DNA from: Aquificaceae bacterium
GTDB lineage: Bacteria; Aquificota; Aquificia; Aquificales; Aquificaceae
DNA: 64,000 nt
Direction: 5' to 3'
NCBI GenBank assembly: GCA_037925075.1
Contig: JAXSNR010000002.1
Location: 32,001-96,000, forward strand
Shown: piece by piece, positions 9,307-18,347 of the stretch
Numbering within the stretch: position 1 is the stretch's first letter
Layout: each line of letters begins with the position of its first letter
Made by a program: the position numbers and the translations under genes
Notes under the pieces: model-generated
Seen by the model: only the letters and a program-made list of their open reading frames with translations
Database searches by the model: none
Told to the model about the DNA's origin: nothing

Positions 9307-10470
9307 TTACAAAAGCTCCAAAGGTACAGGTCCAAGCCTGCTAAGCTTTTTCCTTATTATATCTTGCGAATACTTCTCTAAGTAATAGACTATAGTTTCC
9401 ACTCTTATTTTTATGCTACCTGCGGGCTTTGTCTCATCCAGCTCACCAAACTTAAAGTAAAGGGTGCCAGAGCTCTCTACAATCTTCTGCACCGGTGTAA
9501 AGGTGGGTTGGTCCATGCCACACTCATAGCTGGAAAGCCTTATAACCCCTGTAATCCATGGAAGCCTTGCGGAAAACTTGGCACCCCAGATAATCTCGTT
9601 GGTGTTAGAGCTGTAGGAGGAGGTCCATACATCTGAGATGTCAAAGTAGCTTTTTATTATGCCCGCTTTTACCTCATCTCCAAAGAGCCACTCCAAAAGC
9701 CACTCGTGCAAGGGAAGGTAGTTGTACCAAAGGACTGGGTATCCATAGACTTGAAACTCCCCGTCTATATCGTGCCCTATTCCTGGGTCCATGTGATAGG
9801 GTCTTGCAAGTACCAAAAGGGCTGGTCTGTTGTTTTTTGCGCACCATCTGATTATCTCAAGGCTTTTTTCTCTCATATTTCTCTCAAAGTTCTCAAGAGC
9901 TTTAAAGCCTTCTTTTACCGCTTTTGCGGTCTCTTCAAGGGTTAGCCCAGGTATATGGTCCTTTAGAGATTCCCAAAGGTACTTGGGCAAAAACTCAGGC
10001 TCCGCAAAGGGTACAAAGGGAGAGACAAACCTTATACCCCTTTCTGAAAACTCGTCCCTTTCTCTTAGAAAGCCAGCCTTTATGTTTTCCACGCTCATCA
10101 TCACCCGGGTGCAAGAGAGGGTATCCATCACATGGCCCCTTAAAAAAGAGGGCAAGGAGTATATCAGGGGAACAAAAAGAAGGTTTATATCCTTGTGGAG
10201 AAGCTCTCCCATGTGCCCCGCCAAAGCCTTAACGGGATAGCATGAGTCCATGGTTATCCTTCCCTTGCCATACTGTCTGTATTGATCTTCAGAGGTCTCT
10301 GAGCTGAAAACTATCTTGCCAACACCAAGGCTTTGGAAAAAGCCCACCCAAAACTGGTGCGTACCCCAGATGTTTAGAAACCTTGGAATCCCTACCTTAG
10401 TGGACCTTCTGTCCCCTTGGGACCCTAAAGGCCTCCTTTTTAACAAAGTCAGCGATGTTAGGAAACTCAT
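9307..10470 (-). CDS. DUF2229 CoA-activase-associated domain; probably the frameshifted C-terminal part of the activase gene
   Basis: KVGIPRFLN, SCYPVKALAGH, LARPYHMDPGIGH, SYECGMD; recognisable homology starts only at about 10398, right at the activase stop. Confidence 0.7.
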   Translation of the reverse strand: MSFLTSLTLLKRRPLGSQGDRRSTKVGIPRFLNIWGTHQFWVGFFQSLGVGKIVFSSETSEDQYRQYGKGRITMDSCYPVKALAGHMGELLHKDINLLFVPLIYSLPSFLRGHVMDTLSCTRVMMSVENIKAGFLRERDEFSERGIRFVSPFVPFAEPEFLPKYLWESLKDHIPGLTLEETAKAVKEGFKALENFERNMREKSLEIIRWCAKNNRPALLVLARPYHMDPGIGHDIDGEFQVYGYPVLWYNYLPLHEWLLEWLFGDEVKAGIIKSYFDISDVWTSSYSSNTNEIIWGAKFSARLPWITGVIRLSSYECGMDQPTFTPVQKIVESSGTLYFKFGELDETKPAGSIKIRVETIVYYLEKYSQDIIRKKLSRLGPVPLELL

Positions 10471-12559
10471 GCTTTATCCTCTCCATCCTTTCCTTGACCA
10501 CCTTCAGCTCCCTCTCGTCCTCCACAAGACCCTTAGGACATGCGTTATTTACAATCAGCCTTATCCAACCCTTCTCAAGAGGCACCTTACTCCAAGGTCT
10601 TCCTTCACCCTCGCCAATATAAACATCTATAAAGCTCCTTTGACAGTTTACGGGACACCAACCGCATACGGTTTCCTTTGAGGTGGTGGACCTGTAGGTT
10701 AGCCTTTTTATACTTTCAAAGCTTCTGAAGGAGGTTTTGCCATGTTTTTGATAGTGTTCAAGAGCCACAAGGGCTACGCCTATTGCCCCAGCCTCGCCTG
10801 AATAGGGATGTACATATATTTCCGCATCTGGCACTTTGGACTTTATAAAGTCTATCTGAGCTTTTACCACTGCCAAGTTTTTATGCGTTCCACCCTGAAG
10901 GATAAACTTTTTGCCCACCTGTGCCAAGTTGTTTATGTTGCCCGCATAGACCCAAACGTTCAAAGGTAAAACATGACAGAGTCCCGCCAAGATCTCCTCC
11001 GCCTTCCAGCCCTTTCTTTGCTGGTTTACTATGTCGCTTTGCAAAAAGACTCCACAGCCCATGGTAAAGTTTGGCATTGCCTTTGCGGAAAAAGCCCTGT
11101 CCGCTATCTCCTGTAAAGGAATGCCAAACCTTTCCGCCACACCCTGAAGAAAAGCCCCGTTTCCTGAAGAACATTGAGAGTTTAGCCTAAAATCCACCAC
11201 AGAACCCTGACGCAAGATCATTATCTTTACATCTACTCCACCCACATCGCATATACAGTCCGCATCTGGAAAGAAGTAAAGCCCTGCGGTCGCATGGGCA
11301 ACAGTTTCCACCACCGCCACATCCGCACCAAGCACATCCTTTAGTAGGTCCTTGCCGTAGCCCGTAAGCCCAAGGGCAAGCACTTTTCCGCCCCCTAAAT
11401 AATCCTCTATCTGTTTAAATATCTCCTTTGCGTCCTCTATGGGATTTCCCTTGCTAAGGCTATAACAAGAAAAGACTATCTCCTTTTCCGGTGTTATGCA
11501 TACAGCCTTGGCGGTGGTTGAACCAAAATCACAGCCTATTATGACCTCCTTAGCCTTCTTTGGTACAATCTTGTTTTCCACCACGTAAGAGTACCTTCTT
11601 TTGAACTCAATAAGCTCCTCCTCAGAGGATATAAGCCCCCTTTTGCCTTCCTTCATCTTCCGCTCGTACTGACCCTCTTCCACCCACCAACGAAGCTTTT
11701 CAGTACCTTCATAAACTCCCACATTTTCTTCAAGGGCTGTGAATATACAGCCAAGAGAAGCGTAGTAAAGAGAGTTTTCGGGTACGAATACAAGCTCTTG
11801 CATCTCCTCTTTGCTGAAATCCCCAATGCCCCTTTCCTTCCATATCCTCTGAAGATGAAACCTCCAGGCGGACTGAAGCCCTTTAAAGAAAAGGTTAGGA
11901 CCTCCAAGAAGTAACACCTTTGGAAGTGGTGTGTTTCCCTTTGTAAGCTGAGCGAGGTTTTGATAGACTACTGCCTCAAACAAGGAAGCTATTATTTCTT
12001 CTGTAGGTACCCCCGCCTTTACAAGGGAGTTTACATCCGCCTCCGCAAATATGCCACACTTGGAGCTTATCCTATGAAGTGTATAGCCCTCATAACCCAT
12101 CTGAGAAAGGACTTGAGGCTCTATGCCCAGCCTTCTTGCGGACTTTTCTATAAAGCTTCCCGTTCCACCCGCACAGACATTTTGCATATAAACGTGCCTG
12201 TTTCTTTTACCCTCCTGTTCCTTTATGAAGATGGTCTTCATATCCTCCCCACCTATCTCGCTTACAAACCTCACATCGGGATGTAGCCTTTCCACAGCTG
12301 TGGCAACCGCCACCACCTCTTGCACAAAACGAGCACCTATAAGCTCACCTATAAAACCTCCACCTGAGCCTGTAATATAAACCCTGTCCCTTCCCTGCTT
12401 TAAGCCAAAGTTGTCCTCAAGCCTGATTAGAAACTCCAGAACCTTCTCCGCCTGTTTTGTGTGATGTCTTTCGTATGCCTTGTCTAAGATGTTGCCCTTT
12501 TCATCGGTCAATACATACTTACAGGTGGTGCTACCCACATCTATACCAAGCAAAAGCAT
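10397..12559 (-). CDS. BcrAD/BadFG-type CoA-substrate-specific enzyme activase with two ASKHA ATPase domains
   Basis: GIDVGSTTCK, EIGGEDMK, CAGGTG, CGIFAE; second domain CDFGSTTAK, DVGGVDVK, CSSGNG, CGVFLQSD. Confidence 0.88.
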   Translation of the reverse strand: MLLLGIDVGSTTCKYVLTDEKGNILDKAYERHHTKQAEKVLEFLIRLEDNFGLKQGRDRVYITGSGGGFIGELIGARFVQEVVAVATAVERLHPDVRFVSEIGGEDMKTIFIKEQEGKRNRHVYMQNVCAGGTGSFIEKSARRLGIEPQVLSQMGYEGYTLHRISSKCGIFAEADVNSLVKAGVPTEEIIASLFEAVVYQNLAQLTKGNTPLPKVLLLGGPNLFFKGLQSAWRFHLQRIWKERGIGDFSKEEMQELVFVPENSLYYASLGCIFTALEENVGVYEGTEKLRWWVEEGQYERKMKEGKRGLISSEEELIEFKRRYSYVVENKIVPKKAKEVIIGCDFGSTTAKAVCITPEKEIVFSCYSLSKGNPIEDAKEIFKQIEDYLGGGKVLALGLTGYGKDLLKDVLGADVAVVETVAHATAGLYFFPDADCICDVGGVDVKIMILRQGSVVDFRLNSQCSSGNGAFLQGVAERFGIPLQEIADRAFSAKAMPNFTMGCGVFLQSDIVNQQRKGWKAEEILAGLCHVLPLNVWVYAGNINNLAQVGKKFILQGGTHKNLAVVKAQIDFIKSKVPDAEIYVHPYSGEAGAIGVALVALEHYQKHGKTSFRSFESIKRLTYRSTTSKETVCGWCPVNCQRSFIDVYIGEGEGRPWSKVPLEKGWIRLIVNNACPKGLVEDERELKVVKERMERIKHEFPNIADFVKKEAFRVPRGQKVH

Positions 12560-12562
12560 GTC

Positions 12563-14074
12563 TTAGACCCTCCCCATAAGCTTTGCCACGTGCATCACAT
12601 AGTTGCTTGCGGTACCCACATAGCCATAGTGTGGCACCTTGTAGGTGGCTCTTTTTAGCTTGGGATGTTCCTCTTCAAAGTTCCTTATGTCTTCCAAAGT
12701 TAGCCCTGTCTTTTCCAAAACCTCCTCAAACTCCTCCTTTGCCCTTCTTTTTGCCTCCGTGAGTATCATCTGACATCTTGAATAGGCATGTACCTCCGCA
12801 TCTCCCTTTATCTCAATAGGTGCATAAAGTAAGTCTGGATAATCACCCAATACCTTTGCCATGGCACCCACCGACATGGTGTTAGGAAGGCATCCGTATG
12901 GAGAAAGCTCACATATCATATGTGCCTGCTTGTTCAGATAAGCGTAAAGGGCTTTGCCAATAAGCATATGCCCCTCTCCACCTGTGAGCCTGTAGTGGAA
13001 ATAAGGTCTTGCCAAGTCCCTTAGCTTTCTCTGGTCTGGAAGCGGGTTTGGTATATCCCCTAAGGCTTTTCTGAGTCTGTTATAGACCCTTCTATAAAGC
13101 CTTGCTATAGTCCATATGGCAAGCTTTTTAAGATAATAGTTTTTCACAAAGCCCTTGGCATCTTCCACCTTGAAAAGCTCCATGTTTATCAGATAGTCCA
13201 TCCACACAGCGATAGGTGGTGGTATTACCTCCGCACCCTCCTTTTCAAGCCACCCTTTTATGTTGTAGTTGCCCTCCCCCTCATGGGTCTGTAGCCAAAA
13301 CTCGCCGGTTATCTTCACCTTTGGCTTTACCCTGAGCCTATCCATCTCCACCTCATCCCAAAGCCTTTTTACCTCTTTGAGTGCATCCGCAAAGTAGCCC
13401 GTAAATACATGCCAAAGCAAGGAATCTAACTTTTTACCTTTTATGGGTCTGTTTTTGAGCTTTTCGTAAAGTAGTTCAACGCTTTCCTTTATAACCCTGT
13501 CGGTGGAGCCTTCAACTACCTCGTAGGGTCTTACCGCATACTCCATATCCGTTATAAGGTCTCCGTAAAACATGGAATAGACAAGTCCAAAGGTAAGAGG
13601 CATACTTATTTCTAAGCCACCACCGGGTGCGGACTGTTCCATCTGAAGAAGGTCAAGCAAGAAGAGCCTAAAGTCCCTAAGGCTTAAACCTTCAAGGACC
13701 CTTTCGTAAGACTCGTGATATTGACCAAACCTACAGGGTCCGCAGGCTCCTATGGTCACAAAGATGTAATTGTTTTTTACTCCTTCTTCTCCTTCCTTTT
13801 CCCTAAGGTTTGTCAGCGTTCTTGCCAGATTTCCGGCGGTAAAGGTGGTAGGACAGCAAGCCCCCACATCTATAAACTCCTTCCCTATGTCTAAGTCCTG
13901 TCTTTCTATCTGAGGCAAAGGCTGGCTTTTGTAGCCCATCCTCTCAAGGGAGCCCTGTATGAGCCTTTCGTGCTTCCAAGTGAGACCACCAAAGAGTATG
14001 GTGGTTTTTGGTCTTTCTTCTTTTGTAAAAGGTCTTGGTCTGTATGCTCTATAATGAACCTCCCTTGTTTCCAT
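12563..14074 (-). CDS. 2-hydroxyacyl-CoA dehydratase-like/activase partner protein
   Basis: CCPTTFTAGNL, GACGPCRFGQY, GGEGHML, SPYGCLPN; adjacent to the activase gene. Confidence 0.78.
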   Translation of the reverse strand: METREVHYRAYRPRPFTKEERPKTTILFGGLTWKHERLIQGSLERMGYKSQPLPQIERQDLDIGKEFIDVGACCPTTFTAGNLARTLTNLREKEGEEGVKNNYIFVTIGACGPCRFGQYHESYERVLEGLSLRDFRLFLLDLLQMEQSAPGGGLEISMPLTFGLVYSMFYGDLITDMEYAVRPYEVVEGSTDRVIKESVELLYEKLKNRPIKGKKLDSLLWHVFTGYFADALKEVKRLWDEVEMDRLRVKPKVKITGEFWLQTHEGEGNYNIKGWLEKEGAEVIPPPIAVWMDYLINMELFKVEDAKGFVKNYYLKKLAIWTIARLYRRVYNRLRKALGDIPNPLPDQRKLRDLARPYFHYRLTGGEGHMLIGKALYAYLNKQAHMICELSPYGCLPNTMSVGAMAKVLGDYPDLLYAPIEIKGDAEVHAYSRCQMILTEAKRRAKEEFEEVLEKTGLTLEDIRNFEEEHPKLKRATYKVPHYGYVGTASNYVMHVAKLMGRV

Positions 14075-14163
14075 ATTAAGCCCTCCTTAGGTTTTCTAAA
14101 AATTTATACCCTGTGGGTAATTTTCTGAAATGTTTTATGTCATAAGTGCCTATATTCTAAAGT

Positions 14164-14691
14164 ATGGGCTTGGCTGAAAAGTACCCTATGAAATATACAG
14201 TGGAAGACTGGAAGCACTGGCAAGGAGATTGGGAGCTTGTAGAAGGTGTTCCCTATGCCATGGCTTCGCCAAGACCCTTAAACCAAAGGCTGTTGGTGTT
14301 AATTGCTTTGCTTTTAGAGACAAAACTAAAAGATAATTGTCCAAGCTGTGCGGTTTTCGTGGAGCTTGACTGGTATATCTCTTTTGACACAGTTATCCGA
14401 CCAGATTTAATGGTTTTTTGCGGAGAGATTCCAGAAAGAGTAGAAAAGCCACCTTACATGGTTGTTGAGATAGTCTCACCTTCAAGCAAGCAGATTGACG
14501 AAGGCTTGAAGTTTGAGCTTTGTGAAAGGGAAGGTGTTAAATACTTTGTGCTTGTTTATACAGATGAAAAATCTGTAAGGGTTTTTGAGCTTTTAATGGG
14601 CAAATACAAGGAAAAAACAGATAGACGCTTTATCTTTGAAGATTGCGAGGTAGAAATAAACCTTGAGGAGGCTTTTCATGGGCTTGGCTGA
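14164..14691 (+). CDS. Uma2 (DUF820) family endonuclease, copy 1
   Basis: WELVEGVPYAMASP, IRPDLMV, VVEIVSPSS, K...EGVKYFVLV. Confidence 0.88.
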   Translation: MGLAEKYPMKYTVEDWKHWQGDWELVEGVPYAMASPRPLNQRLLVLIALLLETKLKDNCPSCAVFVELDWYISFDTVIRPDLMVFCGEIPERVEKPPYMVVEIVSPSSKQIDEGLKFELCEREGVKYFVLVYTDEKSVRVFELLMGKYKEKTDRRFIFEDCEVEINLEEAFHGLG

Positions 14692-15202
14692 AAAGTACCC
14701 TGTGAAATACACGGTGGAAGATTGGAAAAACTGGCAGGGAGACTGGGAGCTGGTGGAAGGTATTCCCTACGCTATGGCCTCGCCAAGACCGATTAATCAG
14801 ATTACACTTGGAAAACTTTCACGACTTATAGGAGATGCATTAGATAAATGTCCAGATTGCCTGATTGCGGTTGAGCTTGACTGGTATATCTCTTTTGATA
14901 CGGTTATCAGACCAGATTTAATGATTTTATGTGGAGAGATTCCAGAAAGAGTAGAAAAGCCACCTTACATGGTTGTTGAAGTAGTCTCACCTTCAAGCAG
15001 GCAAATTGATGAAGGCTTAAAGTTTGAGCTTTGTGAAAGGGAAGGTGTTAAATACTTCGTGCTTGTCTATCCTGATGAAAAAGCTGTAAGGGTTTTTGAG
15101 CTTGTGGGAGGTAGATATAAACAAAAAACAGACAGATACTTTAGCTTTGGGGATTGCGAGGTAGAAATAAACCTTGAGGAGGCTTTTCATGGGCTTGGCT
15201 GA
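14678..15202 (+). CDS. Uma2 (DUF820) family endonuclease, copy 2
   Basis: Same motifs; ATG 14678 preceded by GAGGAGG inside the tail of copy 1. Confidence 0.88.
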   Translation: MGLAEKYPVKYTVEDWKNWQGDWELVEGIPYAMASPRPINQITLGKLSRLIGDALDKCPDCLIAVELDWYISFDTVIRPDLMILCGEIPERVEKPPYMVVEVVSPSSRQIDEGLKFELCEREGVKYFVLVYPDEKAVRVFELVGGRYKQKTDRYFSFGDCEVEINLEEAFHGLG

Positions 15203-15722
15203 AAAGTACCCTGTGAAATACACGGTGGAAGATTGGAAAAATTGGCAAGGAGACTGGGAGCTGGTAGAAGGCGTTCCCTACGCTATGGCTTCGCCAAGAC
15301 CAGTAAATCGGTACATCCTTGTAAGACTTTCACAAATGCTTGCCAATATCTTTGATACTGTACAGGGTTGCGAGCAGTGTGCGGTTTTCGTGGAGCTTGA
15401 CTGGTATATCTCTTTTGACACAGTTATCAGACCAGATTTAATGGTTTTATGTGGAGAGATTCCAGAAAGAGTAGAAAAACCGCCTTATATGATTGTTGAA
15501 GTAGTTTCACCTTCAAGCAAACAGATAGACGAAGGCTTGAAGTTTGAGCTTTGTGAAAGGGAAGGTGTTAAATACTTCGTGCTTGTCTATCCAGATGAAA
15601 AAGCTGTAAGGGTTTTTGAACTTGTGGAAAGCAAATACAGGGAAAAAACGGACAAAAACTTTAACTTTAAAGAGTGTGAGGTGGAGATTGACTTTACAAA
15701 AGCCTTTGAGAGGCTAAGGTGA
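15189..15722 (+). CDS. Uma2 (DUF820) family endonuclease, copy 3
   Basis: Same motifs; ATG 15189 preceded by GAGGAGG inside the tail of copy 2. Confidence 0.88.
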   Translation: MGLAEKYPVKYTVEDWKNWQGDWELVEGVPYAMASPRPVNRYILVRLSQMLANIFDTVQGCEQCAVFVELDWYISFDTVIRPDLMVLCGEIPERVEKPPYMIVEVVSPSSKQIDEGLKFELCEREGVKYFVLVYPDEKAVRVFELVESKYREKTDKNFNFKECEVEIDFTKAFERLR

Positions 15723-15734
15723 TATAATAGACCT

Positions 15735-16934
15735 ATGCCAAAAAGGGTGATCCTTGCTTATTCTGGTGGTCTTGATACATCTGTTATAGTTCGTTGGCTT
15801 ACGGACAGGGGCTACGAGGTTATAACTTACACCGCGGATGTGGGTCAGGGTGAGGAGCTTTCTGAAATTCCTCAGAAGGCAAAGGCGTCTGGGGCGGTGC
15901 AAGCCATAGTGGAGGACCTAAAGGAAGAGTTTGCAAGGGAATATTGCTTGCCAACCCTTAGGGCTTTGGCTTTGTATGAGGGGAAATATCCTCTTACCGC
16001 AAGCCTTTCAAGGCCTCTGATAGCAAAAAAGCTGGTGGAGTATGCGGAAAAGCTGGATGCGGACTATGTGGCTCATGGCTCCACTGGAAAGGGCAACGAT
16101 CAGGTGAGGTTTGAGCTATCCGCCTGGGCTTTGAACCCAAACATTGAGGTAATTGCACCAGTAAGGGAATGGGAGTTTCGTTCAAGGGAAGAGGAAGTGG
16201 AATACGCACTTAAACACCACATACCTGTAAAGGCTACAAAGGACAAGCCCTATTCCATAGACAAAAACCTCTGGGGTATTTCCATAGAGTGCGGACCACT
16301 GGAAGACCCATGGGCAGAACCTCCGGAGGATGCCTTTGAATGGACCGTTTCGCCAAAGGATGCGCCAGATGAATCAGAGTATGTGGAGGTGGGTTTTGAG
16401 AAAGGTGTGCCAGTTAGCATAAACGGAGAGAGGTTTGAAAAATTAAGTGAGCTTATACTAAGGCTCAACGCCATAGCAGGAAAACACGGTGTGGGTCGTA
16501 TAGATATGGTGGAAAACAGGCTTGTGGGTATAAAAAGCAGGGAGGTTTATGAGGCACCGGGTGCCATGGTGCTTTACGAAGCATACAGAGACCTTCTTTC
16601 CCTTGTGCTTGACAGGTTTACCTTCCACTACTTTCTCACCCACATACCTCATGAGTACGCAAAGGTGGTGTATGAAGGGCTTTGGTTTTCACCCCTTAGG
16701 TATGCCATGGACGCCTTTAACTCAACCCTTGCGGAGTATGTGAAGGGAAAGGTAAGGCTTAAGCTTTACAAAGGGCATGTGCAAGTGGTGGGTAGAAGCT
16801 CTCCCAACAGCCTCTATGTGGAAGACCTTGCCACCTACTCAGAAAAGGACGCCTTTGACCATAGGGCTGGTGCAAGTTTTACAAAGGTCTTTGGATTACC
16901 TCTAAAGGTTCTGGGAAGGGTCAGAAGGGGATGA
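15735..16934 (+). CDS. argG: Argininosuccinate synthase
   Basis: LAYSGGLDTS, HGSTGKGNDQVRFE, ENRLVGIKSREVYEAP. Confidence 0.97.
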   Translation: MPKRVILAYSGGLDTSVIVRWLTDRGYEVITYTADVGQGEELSEIPQKAKASGAVQAIVEDLKEEFAREYCLPTLRALALYEGKYPLTASLSRPLIAKKLVEYAEKLDADYVAHGSTGKGNDQVRFELSAWALNPNIEVIAPVREWEFRSREEEVEYALKHHIPVKATKDKPYSIDKNLWGISIECGPLEDPWAEPPEDAFEWTVSPKDAPDESEYVEVGFEKGVPVSINGERFEKLSELILRLNAIAGKHGVGRIDMVENRLVGIKSREVYEAPGAMVLYEAYRDLLSLVLDRFTFHYFLTHIPHEYAKVVYEGLWFSPLRYAMDAFNSTLAEYVKGKVRLKLYKGHVQVVGRSSPNSLYVEDLATYSEKDAFDHRAGASFTKVFGLPLKVLGRVRRG

Positions 16935-17593
16935 TGCTCATAGCGGTCCCTCTTTCTGACAAAGATTTTGAAAAAAACCTAAGCCTTTGCAAGGAAACTG
17001 GTGCGGACATAATAGAGCTTAGGGTGGACCTCTTTGAAAACAAAAAGCCCGACTTTGTGCTTTCTTGCATAAAAAGGGTCCAAGAAGAAGGCTTAAAGAC
17101 CATCCTTACCGTAAGAAGTGAAAAGGAAGGGGGGTCAAAGGTGGAAAATAGGTTGGAGATATTCAAGAGCTGTTCTCCACAGAGCGATTACACGGACATA
17201 GAACTTTCTTCTCAGGATATCCTGTCAGAGGTAAGGGATGTGGTAAAGTCCGCAGGAAAAAAGCTTATAATCTCTTACCACAACTTTGACCTGACACCCG
17301 CCAACTGGATACTGAGAGAAATCTTCAGGGAGGCAAAAAGGTGGGGGGCGGATATTGTAAAAGTTTCTGTAAGGGCAAACTCTTACGAAGATACCGCAAG
17401 GCTTTTGTGTCTTGGGAAAGAAGAAGAGGGAGAAAAAATACTTATAGCCATGGGTGAATACGGTAGGGTTTCAAGGATTGCGGGCTTTGTCTTTGGCTCC
17501 GTGATAAGCTACGCTTACATAGGTTCTTCGGTCGCTCCGGGGCAGTTGAGCCTTGAGGAGATGGTAAAGATAAGAAGGATGCTTTATGGTTAG
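16931..17593 (+). CDS. aroD: 3-dehydroquinate dehydratase, type I
   Basis: ADIIELRVD, TVRSEKEGG, IISYHNFD, ADIVKV, APGQ. Confidence 0.92.
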   Translation: MMLIAVPLSDKDFEKNLSLCKETGADIIELRVDLFENKKPDFVLSCIKRVQEEGLKTILTVRSEKEGGSKVENRLEIFKSCSPQSDYTDIELSSQDILSEVRDVVKSAGKKLIISYHNFDLTPANWILREIFREAKRWGADIVKVSVRANSYEDTARLLCLGKEEEGEKILIAMGEYGRVSRIAGFVFGSVISYAYIGSSVAPGQLSLEEMVKIRRMLYG

Positions 17594-18347
17594 TCGCACC
17601 CTCTTTTTTGGTGAAGGACTTTTTGAAACCATAAGGTGGAAGCCCTCCCAAGAAAAGCTAAGGCTTCATTACGAAAGGCTAAGAGCTTCCGCAGAATTTT
17701 TGGAAATTCCACCCCCCACCTATGAGGAGTTTGTTAAGGACCTTGAGGAGGTGGTAAGGGAAGAAAAGGACCTTTACATAAAGTATGTGCTTCTTTCAAA
17801 GGGTGGGGAAAGCCTCACAGATAAGGCACAGTCCTACGGAAAGCTTATAATTGTAAAACCTCTAAAAGCCTTACCTCAAAGTGTAAGACTTTGCCCTTCG
17901 CCTTACAGAAGGCATTCTTCAGACCCAGTATGCAGGCACAAGACCACCTCCTACCTTTTTAACCTTCTTGTTAAAAGGTATGCCCTCAAAAGGGGCTTTT
18001 GGGATGCCATAATTTTTAACGAAAAAGGGCATATATGCGAAACATCCACCGCAAACTTACTTTTTCTAAAGGGTTCAAGGCTTTTCACTCCCGCAAGTGA
18101 AGAGGGGCTTCTGTGGGGGACTACCTTGGAGTTTTTAAGCAGGCATGTGGAGGTTAAAGAAGAGTACATAAAGGACCCAAGAGAATACGACGGTGTTTTT
18201 GTGCTTAATTCTCTTGTGCTTTGTGCTGTTGTGGAAGAGTTTGAGGGGGAGGCTCTAAGAGTGGAAAGGAATGCCTTTGAGGAGATCAACCGTATCCTAA
18301 GAGCCTGCCTATCGCCTCCGCGAGAAGCATATCCTCAGGATAGGTGA
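17586..18347 (+). CDS. Class IV aminotransferase (PabC/branched-chain-like)
   Basis: GEGLFETIR, HYERL, HKTTSY, ICETSTANL, GLLWGT. Confidence 0.82.
   Translation: MVSRTLFFGEGLFETIRWKPSQEKLRLHYERLRASAEFLEIPPPTYEEFVKDLEEVVREEKDLYIKYVLLSKGGESLTDKAQSYGKLIIVKPLKALPQSVRLCPSPYRRHSSDPVCRHKTTSYLFNLLVKRYALKRGFWDAIIFNEKGHICETSTANLLFLKGSRLFTPASEEGLLWGTTLEFLSRHVEVKEEYIKDPREYDGVFVLNSLVLCAVVEEFEGEALRVERNAFEEINRILRACLSPPREAYPQDR

Larger units (their letters stand above)
14164..15722 (+). repeat. Tandem direct repeat of three gene-sized units (start-to-start 514 and 511 bp)
   Basis: ATGGGCTTGGCTGAAAAGTACCCT at 14164, 14678 and 15189; junctions 14641-14730 and 15152-15241 identical by eye. Confidence 0.95.

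Noticed and set aside
10434..10445. T-AAA-AAG as a programmed -1 frameshift site in the activase gene
   Set aside because: Joining the two ORFs needs a +1 shift, so a -1 slip would not reach the DUF2229 frame.
14641..15241. Repeat / variable / repeat pattern as a CRISPR array or DGR
   Set aside because: Units are whole 0.5 kb genes, variation is not adenine-specific and includes indels, and no reverse transcriptase is present in the window.
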